DNA from: Candidatus Altimarinota bacterium
GTDB taxonomy: Bacteria; Patescibacteriota; Gracilibacteria; CAIRYL01
DNA: 64,000 nucleotides
Assembly (NCBI GenBank): GCA_965250085.1
Contig: OZ252287.1
Location: forward strand, 800,001-864,000
Reading direction: 5' to 3'
Under the pieces are notes generated by a model. It made no database searches. It had not been told where the DNA came from and saw only the letters and a program-made list of their open reading frames with translations. Both the position numbers and the translations under genes were made by a program. Shown in pieces: positions 17,904 to 28,162 of the stretch; within the stretch, counting starts at the first letter, position 1; each line of letters starts with the position of its first letter.

Positions 17904-19577
17904 TTAATAAACGTGCTCTAAATAACACTCCTCACAATATATTTTCTCAGGTCTTTCGGGAGAATAGGTGGTTTGTATTGATTTGCTGCATTTGTCACAG
18001 GCCCTCTTATACAGCTTCCTCGTATTCCTCAGTGCCATCCTCTTCTGGTGTCTTACGTCTGGATGATAATGTGGTATCGGAAGATGTTGTTTTCTATAAA
18101 ACTCAAGCTCTACCTTCTGGATCTTGAACAGCTTCTTCGTCTCTTCACACTCTATTGCCCAAGAAAGAATATCGTCAGGAATGTCTTCTATGTTCGGAGG
18201 AAGTTTCTTGGCTGCTATCTTCTTCGAAATATCTTCAAGTTCTGACCTCTCTTCTTCTTTCCACTTCCAGCCTTTCTCGAGGACTTCTTCTTTGGTGAGT
18301 GGATAGTATTCTTGTGCTACTGTTTCGTTATAACAGAAGGGACTCAGTTCCACAGGAAAAAACTCTCCCCACTCTCCTGTCTCTCTCATATGTCCTATGA
18401 TCTTCGGTACTAGCTCTTCATATTCTTCCTTGCTGTATTGCTTGTTCAGGATGCAGTACTTCTTCTGTCGAAGACTTACACTTCCAAAACAATTTTGACA
18501 TGAAAGGCATAAATAACAGTAATAGAGATCAGAAATTCCACCCCATGAGTATAGGCTCCATAGTATATTCATAGCTCCCTCTCCAACCCCGCAGCACTCA
18601 TAGCAGAACTCTGCTGAGTTCCCCCATCGAGTAATGTCATAACAGTTTTTTCCTCCTCCCTTCATATTGGTGCAATATTTAGAGTCCTCCATATGACTAC
18701 AGTCAAAACACCATTTCGAGTTCTTACAATTATACAAATAATCACCTGAAGAGTTCTCAGTATTCTCTCCAGTGAAAGACTTTCTTGGATGTTCAAGCAG
18801 TATACTTTGTCTGTCCTTTTGAGACATATTTTTAAAAACTTGGGAAAGTTTTTGTTCGTATTCCTTTAAAGGAAATTGTTGGTTATATAAGCAATATTTC
18901 TTATTTTGTAGTCCCACACATCCGAAACAATGAGTGCAATTTCGACAATCATACAAAGAAGAAGAATCTGAACACTCTGAACAATTTTGAGAAAATTGTA
19001 AATTATAGCAACTATTACAATCTATACATTCATAACAAAGTTCTAAGCCATAGCTATGAACAGAATCAAGTGTATTTTTACAATTGAGGAGATCTTGAGA
19101 ATAGAGACAGTCTTCACTATGATCGGTGCAGAAGCAAAGATAGCAGTTTTTATCCCAGCCTGCGTAGTTTACATATTCAGAATTTTTATTGTCAGCAACC
19201 ACAAGGGCCATGGTGGGGACTTTGTGAAATAATTCTTGAAATTGAGAAAAAAAGGGGCGTGTAAAATCGAAATCTCTTCCATAGGAAAGAGGATCCCATT
19301 TGTCGCTCCACCAATACGGATTTTCACAGACAGTTGCAAGACTCTTTGAAGAATATATAGAAAGCACTTTCCTTCCTGTCATGTCACATTTTCTCCAGTA
19401 GAGATTCCGTATGTTGACGATAGCATTCCTCTTTTGAAGACGACATTCCATACATAGTCCTGGTGATGGAATGTTATATTTTTCACCTCGGAATATTGGA
19501 GAAATTTTGTCATAAAATTCCAAATCTGTATCCACGATCTCAAACTCAGCCACGCAGTGAGAGCAGATTCTATTCAT
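17904..19577 (-). CDS. Cys-rich zinc-ribbon/repeat protein, paralog 1
   Basis: N-terminal CxxC pairs, WWSDKWDP, two Cys-rich repeat blocks ending CxGxxxL..KKYC, C-terminal CDKC..YCEECY. Confidence 0.85.
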   Translation of the reverse strand: MNRICSHCVAEFEIVDTDLEFYDKISPIFRGEKYNIPSPGLCMECRLQKRNAIVNIRNLYWRKCDMTGRKVLSIYSSKSLATVCENPYWWSDKWDPLSYGRDFDFTRPFFSQFQELFHKVPTMALVVADNKNSEYVNYAGWDKNCYLCFCTDHSEDCLYSQDLLNCKNTLDSVHSYGLELCYECIDCNSCYNLQFSQNCSECSDSSSLYDCRNCTHCFGCVGLQNKKYCLYNQQFPLKEYEQKLSQVFKNMSQKDRQSILLEHPRKSFTGENTENSSGDYLYNCKNSKWCFDCSHMEDSKYCTNMKGGGKNCYDITRWGNSAEFCYECCGVGEGAMNILWSLYSWGGISDLYYCYLCLSCQNCFGSVSLRQKKYCILNKQYSKEEYEELVPKIIGHMRETGEWGEFFPVELSPFCYNETVAQEYYPLTKEEVLEKGWKWKEEERSELEDISKKIAAKKLPPNIEDIPDDILSWAIECEETKKLFKIQKVELEFYRKQHLPIPHYHPDVRHQKRMALRNTRKLYKRACDKCSKSIQTTYSPERPEKIYCEECYLEHVY

Positions 19578-19666
19578 ATAAAAAGAATACTCTCTCTTCA
19601 TTCTCTTTTTCAAGGGAGGCTTCTTTTAAAATACTGAGATCGAAGTTCTTTACTCCACTTTTTCTC

Positions 19667-19702
19667 TTGACCTTTTTCTCTATAACCTCTACCATAGGTT
19701 AT
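19667..19702 (+). promoter_or_regulatory. Promoter with probable CsoR operator
   Basis: TTGACC-17 bp-TACCAT; inverted repeat ATAACCT-N7-AGGTTAT straddles the -10. Confidence 0.6.
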
Positions 19703-19718
19703 GGTTTTATAGTTTAAA

Positions 19719-19997
19719 ATGAAATTTGATCATAAGCAAAATATTCAGTTGGCACTCAAAAAAGCACTCGGAACTCTTAAAAAAGTGTCGCACATGGTGG
19801 AAAAAGATGAATACTGCATAGATGTCATGCAACAAATAAATGCGGTTATGGGGCTTTTAAGAAATACCAATGCTCGTATTGTCAAAAATCACTTGGAAAC
19901 ATGTGGGTATCAAAAAATGAGTTCCCAACGAAAAAAGACTCGAGATGAGTTTGCCAACGAACTTCTCAAAGCTCTCGATCTTTCTTTACGAAAATAA
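19719..19997 (+). CDS. csoR: CsoR/RcnR-family metal-sensing repressor
   Basis: MVEKDEYCIDVMQQINAV...NHLETC (C-H-C ligand set). Confidence 0.85.
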   Translation: MKFDHKQNIQLALKKALGTLKKVSHMVEKDEYCIDVMQQINAVMGLLRNTNARIVKNHLETCGYQKMSSQRKKTRDEFANELLKALDLSLRK

Positions 19998-19998
19998 A

Positions 19999-20610
19999 AT
20001 GATCATGAATACATTTGAATATTGGCTTATGAATAATCCTCTTAGGTCGTTTCTTCAAGACAAACTGGAGATGAAGATAATTCGGAAACATGTTTCACTT
20101 CAAGATCCAGAAAAAATTTTGGAGATTGGTTGTGGGCAAAGCGTAGGTACAAAACTGATAAAAAAATATTTTAACCCGAAAAAAATATGTGGCATAGATC
20201 TTGACATGCGAATGCTCCATAGAGCTCGGAATCAAAATTCCGATCCGTTGATTGAATTTATGCAAGCTGATGCCACAAAACTTCCTTTTGCCGATGACGC
20301 ATTTGATGCGGTATTTGACTTTGGAATTATTCATCATATATCCAATTGGAAAGATTGTTTGTTGGAAATAAAAAGGGTCGTGAAGCCAGGAGGAGTCTTG
20401 GTTCTTGAAGATGCTTCCCTGGAAACATTTCAAGGTAGATTTTGGGGGAGTTTGCTAAGGAAAATGACAGATCATCCCTATTTATCAATGTATACATATC
20501 AGAAATTTTCTAATTTTTTAAAAGACATAAATCTCAATATAGAATTCCAGGAAAAATACTCTCCATTAAGTATTTCTTATTTTCTTATTATAGCGCGTAA
20601 ATATGGTTGA
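19999..20610 (+). CDS. Class I SAM-dependent methyltransferase
   Basis: ILEIGCG, GIDLD, ADATKLPFADDAFDAV, RVVKPGG. Confidence 0.9.
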   Translation: MIMNTFEYWLMNNPLRSFLQDKLEMKIIRKHVSLQDPEKILEIGCGQSVGTKLIKKYFNPKKICGIDLDMRMLHRARNQNSDPLIEFMQADATKLPFADDAFDAVFDFGIIHHISNWKDCLLEIKRVVKPGGVLVLEDASLETFQGRFWGSLLRKMTDHPYLSMYTYQKFSNFLKDINLNIEFQEKYSPLSISYFLIIARKYG

Positions 20611-21646
20611 ATCCTGCCATCATCATATGCAGAAAAAAAAACCGGACATTCTCCTGTGGGGATCTCTCTTTGTGATTGTTGTTGCGTATTTTTTGCATCT
20701 TTTTGGTCCTGCTCTCGGAGAAATTTCTCCTCTTCTGAGTGAATTTTTTAAAGCTGTATTTGAGTTGATGAATCAAATGTGGTGGGGGCTTGTCCTCGCT
20801 ATTGTCTTTGTTGGAGTTTTAGAATATATCCCTCAGAATCTGATCTCTGGAGTCTTGGGAAAAGGGGGTACATTTTCGGGGCTTGTAAGAGCCGCTGGGG
20901 CAGGGGTGCTGCTTGATCTTTGTTCTCATGGCATTTTGTTGGTAGGAATGAAGCTGTATAAAAAAGGAGCTTCGCTCGGCCAAGTGATTGCTTTCCTTGT
21001 GGCGAGTCCCTGGAATTCTCTTTCTCTTACGGTTATTCTTTGGTCACTTGTTGGGCTCAGGTGGACATTAGTTTTTTTGCTTCTTTCGCTTGCGATAGCA
21101 TTGATATCTGGAGGTGTTTTTGAATACTTAGTACAAAAAAACATACTGCCAGAGAATCCCTTTCAAGAGAACACATCAAAAGAATTTGAGTTTCGCAGAG
21201 AATTTTTTCACTGGATAAAAAATATCACCTGGAAACCAAAAAGTTTTTTTGTGCTGCTTTCTCATGGAATTCGAGGTTCACGAATGATTTTACGATGGAT
21301 ATTTTTTGGAGTAGTTTTGGCAGCACTCTTAAGAATTGCACTCTCTCCAGAAAGTTTTGCTTTATTTTTTGGACCCACCCTCAGAGGATTGGGGCTCACT
21401 CTTGTGGGCGCTACAATATTAGAAGTATGTTCTGAAGGCTCCACTCCTCTTGCTGCAGAGCTGCTCACTCGCGCAAAAGCTCCTGGCAATGCCTTTAGCT
21501 TTCTTATGGCTGGGGTTTCCACCGACTATACAGAAATTATGGCTCTTAAAGAGACAACTCTTTCATGGAAAATCGCACTTTTTTTGCCCTTGATAACGCT
21601 CCCCCAAATCATTTTTCTGGGGATAATTCTTAACTCTGGTCTTTGA
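20603..21646 (+). CDS. DUF318/ArsP-family permease
   Basis: DLCSHG, FLVASP, EVCSEGSTP, FLMAG; multi-TM; in the CsoR operon. Confidence 0.85.
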   Translation: MVESCHHHMQKKKPDILLWGSLFVIVVAYFLHLFGPALGEISPLLSEFFKAVFELMNQMWWGLVLAIVFVGVLEYIPQNLISGVLGKGGTFSGLVRAAGAGVLLDLCSHGILLVGMKLYKKGASLGQVIAFLVASPWNSLSLTVILWSLVGLRWTLVFLLLSLAIALISGGVFEYLVQKNILPENPFQENTSKEFEFRREFFHWIKNITWKPKSFFVLLSHGIRGSRMILRWIFFGVVLAALLRIALSPESFALFFGPTLRGLGLTLVGATILEVCSEGSTPLAAELLTRAKAPGNAFSFLMAGVSTDYTEIMALKETTLSWKIALFLPLITLPQIIFLGIILNSGL

Positions 21647-21968
21647 TATGAAAATACCTTTGGATCCCCAGTTCTGTTCCTAAGTATATACTTCCTGCAC
21701 CACATTCGGCACAACTGAATTGTAGTTTTTTTCCTTTTATTTTTTTTGTCGCCCTGACACTTTCGCATTCTTTACAATAAAAGATGATATTCTGGGATTT
21801 TGCTTCTTCATCTCCTTCTGGTATTTGCTCTTGCACAGTAATATTCAGAAGCTTGGTATAATTAATATCTCCTTGTTTTTCTTCTGATACATCACGTTCT
21901 ACAAACTCATATGGAGTATTATCTGACGAAACATTTTTTGCTGATGACGTATTCTTTTTTTTATTCAT
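21630..21968 (-). CDS. Small zinc-ribbon protein
   Basis: FYCKEC...CAECG. Confidence 0.65.
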   Translation of the reverse strand: MNKKKNTSSAKNVSSDNTPYEFVERDVSEEKQGDINYTKLLNITVQEQIPEGDEEAKSQNIIFYCKECESVRATKKIKGKKLQFSCAECGAGSIYLGTELGIQRYFHIKDQS

Positions 21969-22578
21969 AATCACCGAGTGACATTTGGTTTTCAATTGGT
22001 GGTTCTGCTTCCAAGTGTACTGATGAAGCATCAATGTTATGTGGACGAGAGAGTGAATCCTTCACATATGCCCTTTGCTCATCTTGTCTTCCTACCCATC
22101 CTCCAGAAAATAAAACACACTGAGCAAAAAGAGAAAGAAATACTCCTATCCGTACAGAAGATTCACTGTCAGCATTCTTCATAGCATATGAGCTCAGAAC
22201 GAAGAGCGCGATGATAATCGTATATGCTCCTATTCCTCCCAGAAAGAGCCACCAGTATGAATGTGATATTCCTTTATAGTCTTTTTTCTTTCGGAACATC
22301 TCTCTTCCTAAAAAAATAAGAGTAACTATCATTAAAAGAAATAATATCCATCCAAAAACAGGAAATAGACCAAATGCATGGAAATTTTCAGTAGCAAAAT
22401 CCAGAGTATTTTCATCAACGATGAGCTCCCCTGTTTGCGTATCTCTTGCCAATTTATGTCCCCATGGGAGAAAAAGAAAGAGTACTCCCAAAAAACCTCC
22501 CGTTAAAACCAGTTTTCGAGAGAATGAAAGATACTTAATTTCCTTTTGAAGTGTTTTTAGATTCACAAAAAGTTTCAA
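21961..22578 (-). CDS. Hypothetical membrane protein
   Basis: Four TM segments; LFLPW motif. Confidence 0.7.
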   Translation of the reverse strand: MKLFVNLKTLQKEIKYLSFSRKLVLTGGFLGVLFLFLPWGHKLARDTQTGELIVDENTLDFATENFHAFGLFPVFGWILFLLMIVTLIFLGREMFRKKKDYKGISHSYWWLFLGGIGAYTIIIALFVLSSYAMKNADSESSVRIGVFLSLFAQCVLFSGGWVGRQDEQRAYVKDSLSRPHNIDASSVHLEAEPPIENQMSLGDYE

Positions 22579-22634
22579 AATACTGAGTAAATGTAGTCAA
22601 GACACTCCAAAAATGCAAAGCGTTTTTCTTATAT

Positions 22635-23684
22635 TTATTTTGAAAGAAGAATTTGGGCTATGTGTTTTGCAGAATTAAGAGGGGTGAGGAGAGCGATATT
22701 TTTGGCGAGCATCTTTTTACGATTTTGATTTTGTAGGAGCTTTAGAATTGTTTCTTGAAATTTTGCGGAGGTAAGATCTTCTTCTAAAAGGATTTTCGCA
22801 GCTCCGCATTGTTTAAAAAATTCAGCATTTTTGACTTGATGGTTATTGGCCGCAGAAGGAAGTGGAATAATTATTACTGGTTTCTGCGCAGCGGCAATTT
22901 CAAAAAGAGAATTGGCTCCAGCTCGGGATATCACAATGTCAGATGCCCAAAGCACATCGCCAAATTCTTCTCCTAAGTATGAAAAGTGACGATATGCAGG
23001 TGTGGGGCTTTCAACAGACTTCCCTTTTCCTGAAATATGGACTACATTCGCATGATTTCTTAGAAATGCGAGTGAGTGTATCACCAATTGATTTATGGTT
23101 TCTGCTCCTTGACTCCCTCCCATAATAAGTATGATTGGCTTGTGGGTAGAGAATTTGAGAAATCTTCTTCCTCGTTCAGTCTCTCCAGAAAGAATATTTT
23201 TACGGATTGGAGTCCCTACATGTAAGGCATTGGGCGTTGGAAATGTAGAAAGTGTACGAGCTGCTAGTCTGTGCAGTATTCGATTTGCCAACCCCGAGAC
23301 ACTATCACTTTCGTGAATAGTGAAGGATATATTCTGAAGTCTCGCAGCTATTCCCACTGGAAGCGAAACGTATCCCCCTTTTAAAAAAATCATATCCGGT
23401 TCCTCTTTTCGAAGAAGAATATATGCATCAAGTATTCCCTTTAGAAAGCGAAAAAAATCTCCAATATTCTGAAGAGAGAAGTACCGACGGAGTTTTCCTG
23501 TGGAAATTGATATACGCTTGTATGTGTATGGATGCGCCGAAAAAATATCATTATCCAGCTTGCTGTGAGAGCTAATAAATACAATCTTGCAAGTAGTGTC
23601 TTGTTTTCGCACTTCATCAGCAATAGCGAGGACTGGTGTGATGTGGCCCCCAGAGCCGCCAGCAACAAATAAAAGTTTTTTCAT
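22635..23684 (-). CDS. murG: UDP-GlcNAc:lipid I GlcNAc transferase
   Basis: GGGSGGH, KGGYVS, HESD, GGSQGA, SRAG, HQVKNA. Confidence 0.95.
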   Translation of the reverse strand: MKKLLFVAGGSGGHITPVLAIADEVRKQDTTCKIVFISSHSKLDNDIFSAHPYTYKRISISTGKLRRYFSLQNIGDFFRFLKGILDAYILLRKEEPDMIFLKGGYVSLPVGIAARLQNISFTIHESDSVSGLANRILHRLAARTLSTFPTPNALHVGTPIRKNILSGETERGRRFLKFSTHKPIILIMGGSQGAETINQLVIHSLAFLRNHANVVHISGKGKSVESPTPAYRHFSYLGEEFGDVLWASDIVISRAGANSLFEIAAAQKPVIIIPLPSAANNHQVKNAEFFKQCGAAKILLEEDLTSAKFQETILKLLQNQNRKKMLAKNIALLTPLNSAKHIAQILLSK

Positions 23685-24931
23685 GAAGTATGAAATTTTC
23701 TGAGTAAAGAATTTTTGGAAAAAGATTCACGTGGAGAAAGCGTAGAAATATGAAGCAATACTCCAAGTGCAAAAAGAGTCATTGCCAGCGACGATCCTCC
23801 ATATGAAAGAAATGGCAATGTGAGGCCTGTGAGAGGGAAAACTCCAAGTGCTACCAAAATATTGATCAACGCTTGAAATACGATCCAAGCAGTAATACCG
23901 ATGGCTACAAGTGATGAGAATCTGTCAGGTGCATTTTGAGCAATAAAAAATCCTTTGATTCCGATATAGAAAAAAAGTGAAATAAAAATTAATATTCGAA
24001 TAAATCCCATTTCCTCAGCAATGCCAGCAAAAACAAAGTCCCCTTGAATTTCTGGAAGCCATCCGAACTTTTGGGTACTGTTTCCAAGTCCTACCCCAAA
24101 CCATTCACCACTCCCTACGCCCATGAGTGATTGTTCTATTTGGTATTTATCACTCTCATTGGTCAACTCTGGAAAGAAGAGTGCTTGGAATCGAAGGCGA
24201 ATATATGCATGTGAAAGTATGATAGGCCATGCCAGCAGAGACGCAGTGAGCCCTCCTGCAAAAATTTGAAATATATTTCCTCCGGCAACAAAAAACATAG
24301 ATGCTGCAATAAATCCGAGTACGAGCACGGCCCCAAAGTCTGGTTGAAATGCAACCGGAAGAACCATAAGAGAAACGAGTATAACAAATGGAAGGAACCC
24401 TCCTTGGAATGTTTGAATATCATTTTGTTTCTTGCTCATCCAAATAGCAAAATAGAAAATAATTGCTACTTTGGCGACTTCTACAGGCTGCAGTGAATTA
24501 AGAAGAGGGATAGAGAGCCAGCTTTGAGCAGCTCCATAACTTGTTCCCAATGGTGAAAATACAAGCAGTAACAAAATGAGAGCTCCTAAAAAAATAAGAG
24601 GTGCTAATGTCTGCCATACTGCCATGGGAACCATGTATCCGACAAAGGCAAAAATAAGTCCTATTGCTGCACTTTTTACTTGGCGTTTAAAATATAGATC
24701 ATTGCAATTATTATTTTGAGGCTGACAATATTCAGCCGCTTTCTCTCTTCCTTCTCCAAATCGACAGTCTTCAATTTCTGGATGATCCTGACAGTATTCG
24801 ACAATAAAACTACTCGATTCCTTAATGTATGAATTATGAACGCTTAGTGAACTCAGCATCATGAGTCCAAATGCCACCAAAAAAAGTGCTGCGGTGAGGA
24901 GGCCGTAATCTGGGGAATACTTTTTAAGCAT
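23681..24931 (-). CDS. ftsW: Peptidoglycan polymerase FtsW (SEDS)
   Basis: QPVEVAK, QPDFG, YQIEQS, LPEIQGDFVF, PLTGLTLPFLSYGGSS; adjacent to murG. Confidence 0.93.
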   Translation of the reverse strand: MLKKYSPDYGLLTAALFLVAFGLMMLSSLSVHNSYIKESSSFIVEYCQDHPEIEDCRFGEGREKAAEYCQPQNNNCNDLYFKRQVKSAAIGLIFAFVGYMVPMAVWQTLAPLIFLGALILLLLVFSPLGTSYGAAQSWLSIPLLNSLQPVEVAKVAIIFYFAIWMSKKQNDIQTFQGGFLPFVILVSLMVLPVAFQPDFGAVLVLGFIAASMFFVAGGNIFQIFAGGLTASLLAWPIILSHAYIRLRFQALFFPELTNESDKYQIEQSLMGVGSGEWFGVGLGNSTQKFGWLPEIQGDFVFAGIAEEMGFIRILIFISLFFYIGIKGFFIAQNAPDRFSSLVAIGITAWIVFQALINILVALGVFPLTGLTLPFLSYGGSSLAMTLFALGVLLHISTLSPRESFSKNSLLRKFHTS

Positions 24932-25051
24932 CCTAGCGATTGTGACAAAAAAAGGAGTAAAAAACAATTTTTAAGACTTGCTTTTTAGGACTATTCTCTC
25001 TTGCAAAACACCTCCCTTTTTATAAGAATCTTTGAGACTGAAGAAAAAAAT

Positions 25052-25777
25052 ATGATCACAATAAAAAATCTCACAAAGATCTATCCTGGTTCAAAAATTC
25101 CAGCTGTGAATGATATTTCCCTACATATTGCCAAAGGAGATGTTTTTGGCTTTTTAGGACCCAATGGCGCCGGAAAGACAACGACTGTTAAAATATTGGT
25201 GGGGCTCATGAAACCAACAAAAGGGTCTCTCATGCTGCTGCATTCTTCTCCACAGGATTTTGAAGCAAAGAAAAAAATTGGATTTTTGCCGGAACATCCC
25301 TATTTTTACCAATATTTAACGGGAAGAGAATTTTTACAAATGTGTACAGAGATTTTTGGAATGTCTGCAGAAAAGGGGCGTGTGTGTATTGAAAAAAATT
25401 TGCATATGGTATCCCTTTCTCCTGATGCATGGGATCGAAAAATTGGTGGATACTCTAAGGGGATGCAACAGCGCCTCGGTGTTGCCCAGGCCCTTGTTAA
25501 TGATCCAGAATTGGTAATACTGGATGAACCTATGAGTGGTCTGGATCCTATTGGAAGAAAACAGATGAAAGATTTAATTTTAACTCTTAAGAAAGAAGGA
25601 AAGACTGTGTTTTTCTGCTCTCATATCTTAAGTGACGTAGAAGATCTCTGTAACCGCATTGCAATTATCCATAATGGACACATCGTTCTTTCTGGCAATG
25701 TGGATGAAGTGACAAAAAATTATTCCATTCCTCTAGAAAATATCTTTGTAGACACTCTTTCAGCCTTAAAAACATGA
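25052..25777 (+). CDS. ABC transporter ATP-binding protein
   Basis: GPNGAGKTT, YSKGMQQR, LDEP, SH. Confidence 0.95.
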   Translation: MITIKNLTKIYPGSKIPAVNDISLHIAKGDVFGFLGPNGAGKTTTVKILVGLMKPTKGSLMLLHSSPQDFEAKKKIGFLPEHPYFYQYLTGREFLQMCTEIFGMSAEKGRVCIEKNLHMVSLSPDAWDRKIGGYSKGMQQRLGVAQALVNDPELVILDEPMSGLDPIGRKQMKDLILTLKKEGKTVFFCSHILSDVEDLCNRIAIIHNGHIVLSGNVDEVTKNYSIPLENIFVDTLSALKT

Positions 25778-26517
25778 AGCTTCTTTTTTCTCTTGCTAAA
25801 AATACATTTCGCGAAGCGGTGCGAGACAAAATCTTTTATACCATTTTCTTTTTTGGATTTGTGTTTCTTCTGTCATCACCTCTTATGGAAAGTATTTCAT
25901 TCGGTCAAGAGGGTCGTATTATGATCAATTTTGGTATTACTATGATCCATATTTTTGGATTGTTTATTACTATTTTTTTAGGAAGTCGTTTAATTTTTCA
26001 GGAAATAGAACAAAAGACTATTTTTCTTTTGATTCCCAAGCCTGTTCGGAGGAGTTCTATTATTTTGAGTAAATTTCTGGGACTGGGAGCGGTATTATTT
26101 TGTACGACTCTCCTCATGAGCATTGTATATTTTTTGATCGTTCCGTTTTCTTGGGGACTGCTGCTCACCATTGCATTTCTGTATCTTTCATTTCTTTTGC
26201 TACTAGCAATTGTATTGTTTTTTTCTGCTTTTATGTCGCCACTTATGGCATCTATTGCAGGAGCGCTTATGTTTGTAATTGGCAATATTACTGCGTCAGC
26301 AAAGCTTTTTGTGAAAGGTGAAATGTTGAAAAAAATTGTAGAGATTGTGTACCACCTCTTTCCCAACTTTACCAATCTTAATCTCAAAAACTATGTTGTC
26401 TATGGTATTGAATATGCCGCAAGCGATGTTCTTCGCATTCTCCTGGTGACAGGATTATTTATTGCTCTCTTTCTCTTTTGTGGCATTCAGATTTTTAGTA
26501 GAAAAGAATTTTCTTAA
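25774..26517 (+). CDS. ABC-2 type permease (PilI-like)
   Basis: AKNTFREAVRDK, EIEQKTI..LIPKPVRR..IILSKF; six TM. Confidence 0.85.
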   Translation: MKLLFSLAKNTFREAVRDKIFYTIFFFGFVFLLSSPLMESISFGQEGRIMINFGITMIHIFGLFITIFLGSRLIFQEIEQKTIFLLIPKPVRRSSIILSKFLGLGAVLFCTTLLMSIVYFLIVPFSWGLLLTIAFLYLSFLLLLAIVLFFSAFMSPLMASIAGALMFVIGNITASAKLFVKGEMLKKIVEIVYHLFPNFTNLNLKNYVVYGIEYAASDVLRILLVTGLFIALFLFCGIQIFSRKEFS

Positions 26518-26528
26518 TCTTTTATCTC

Positions 26529-27425
26529 ATGAGATTCGAAAAACAATTCGGAATTTTCATCCTGGTGTGTTTTTCCTTCTTTGCAATTTGGAAAAATCAT
26601 TCTGCACTTTTTCCGCATTTCACCAATAAATATTTTTCAAAAGTTGCTCAAAAATCTGTTTTACAAAATGGTGAAAAAATAAAACCGTTTTTACTGGGAT
26701 TCGATGCATTCATCGCAGATATATATTGGCTCAGAGCAATTCAATATATAGGAGGTAATGCTGCTGCTGGTACATTTCCTGTACTCGAAGGATATGCCAA
26801 CACTATTACTGATTTTGATCCTCAATTTAGATATGTATATCATTTTGGAGGACTTTTTCTGCCAACTCTTGGAAAATATGAATCAGCGCGAAAGCTATTG
26901 GAAAAAGGAGAAAGGAACGTACCAGATGACTGGCAGATTTCATATGACCTCGGATTCGTTCATTTTTATTATCGAGATGATTATGAGAGTGCTATCAAGG
27001 CATATCAGCGATGTCTCCAGAAAGAAGGATGCCTTCCTTCTTCCCATACACTTATTAATACACTCGAAGCAAAAAGAGGAAAAGTGGAAATTGCCTTTTT
27101 TAATATGCTTGAGCAGTATAAAAATTCTTCTAAAGAAGATCAGGAATTTTATGCCAAAAAAATAGAGGAACTTGGGAAGCTCTTTGTTCTCCAGCATGCT
27201 GCGCAATACGCTTCTCCTACAGAAGACATTCAGGAACTCTTGGGAGTGCAACTGGAGATGACTAAAAAAGTACAAAGTGCAATACAAGTGCTAGAATCTC
27301 TTACAGGGAAGGATCTTCTCGATGAACGAGGGGCGATACAGGAGGAACTTTTAAGAAATCCTTTCGAATTTAATCCTTTCTTTTGGGATAAGGAAAAGCA
27401 AGTAGTACGTCCAATTCAATGGTAA
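26529..27425 (+). CDS. Membrane-anchored TPR protein (PilG/XapA-like)
   Basis: ADIYWLRAIQY, TDFDPQF..Y, LLEKG..PDDWQ..YDLGF. Confidence 0.7.
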   Translation: MRFEKQFGIFILVCFSFFAIWKNHSALFPHFTNKYFSKVAQKSVLQNGEKIKPFLLGFDAFIADIYWLRAIQYIGGNAAAGTFPVLEGYANTITDFDPQFRYVYHFGGLFLPTLGKYESARKLLEKGERNVPDDWQISYDLGFVHFYYRDDYESAIKAYQRCLQKEGCLPSSHTLINTLEAKRGKVEIAFFNMLEQYKNSSKEDQEFYAKKIEELGKLFVLQHAAQYASPTEDIQELLGVQLEMTKKVQSAIQVLESLTGKDLLDERGAIQEELLRNPFEFNPFFWDKEKQVVRPIQW

Positions 27426-27500
27426 AAATGAGAAGAATGTGCCGCCTTGCATTTTTTAGACAATTTCCGTAGTGTTGATGCAAATATTTCCCTTTTCCCC

Positions 27501-28079
27501 ATGAAAAAGATACTTCCTCTCGGGCTTATAAGCATATTGCTTGCCTTTATAATCTTTCCTGTGTCTCCTGTATTTGCCGAGTGCGCTGATAATGATGGAG
27601 ATCGATACTATAGCTGTGATAATATTGATGATGAGCTTCCTCCCTTTGCAAAAGGCAGTGAAGAGCTTCGTTGTGACCAAGCAACGATTGATGAAAATTC
27701 TGATGATTATGATTTGGTCATTTCTCCAGAAATTACTTCAATAGCTGGAAATAAGGTGCACCCTGGTGCTATAGAACCTCCCAATAGTCAGGTAGATCTC
27801 AACTGTGATGGAAAAATTACTGGATATCTTCCTGAAGGTCGCGAGGGCGGTACTGACTTTTTTGAACTAATGGAAAAGGTCATTGTGCTTATTGGGCAGG
27901 TCGCAGTGTTTATTTCAGTAGGAGCTTTGGTCTATGGAGGGATAATGTTTGCTACCGCCTCTGGTGAAGAACGCAAGCTTCAAAAAGCAAAAAAAACTAT
28001 CGTCGGAGCAGTGGTGGGACTTATTATTGGTCTCATTGCATGGAATATTGTTGGATTTGTAACTGGAATATTTGGATAG
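27501..28079 (+). CDS. CPR-type pilin (TrbC/VirB2-like C-terminus) with MopE-related metal-binding motif
   Basis: Signal peptide; CADNDGDRY..VHPGAIE..DLNCDG; YGGIMFATASGEERKLQKAKKTIVGAVVGLII. Confidence 0.7.
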   Translation: MKKILPLGLISILLAFIIFPVSPVFAECADNDGDRYYSCDNIDDELPPFAKGSEELRCDQATIDENSDDYDLVISPEITSIAGNKVHPGAIEPPNSQVDLNCDGKITGYLPEGREGGTDFFELMEKVIVLIGQVAVFISVGALVYGGIMFATASGEERKLQKAKKTIVGAVVGLIIGLIAWNIVGFVTGIFG

Positions 28080-28099
28080 TTTTATAGAATGTAAAAAAG

Positions 28100-28128
28100 A
28101 AAAGCGAGAAGATTTTTCTCGCTTTTTT
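28100..28128 (+). terminator. Intrinsic terminator
   Basis: AAAAGCGAGAA/TTCTCGCTTTT stem plus T run after the pilin gene. Confidence 0.7.
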
Positions 28129-28162
28129 ATGTACTACTTATGTTCTCTCTTTAAAACAACAC

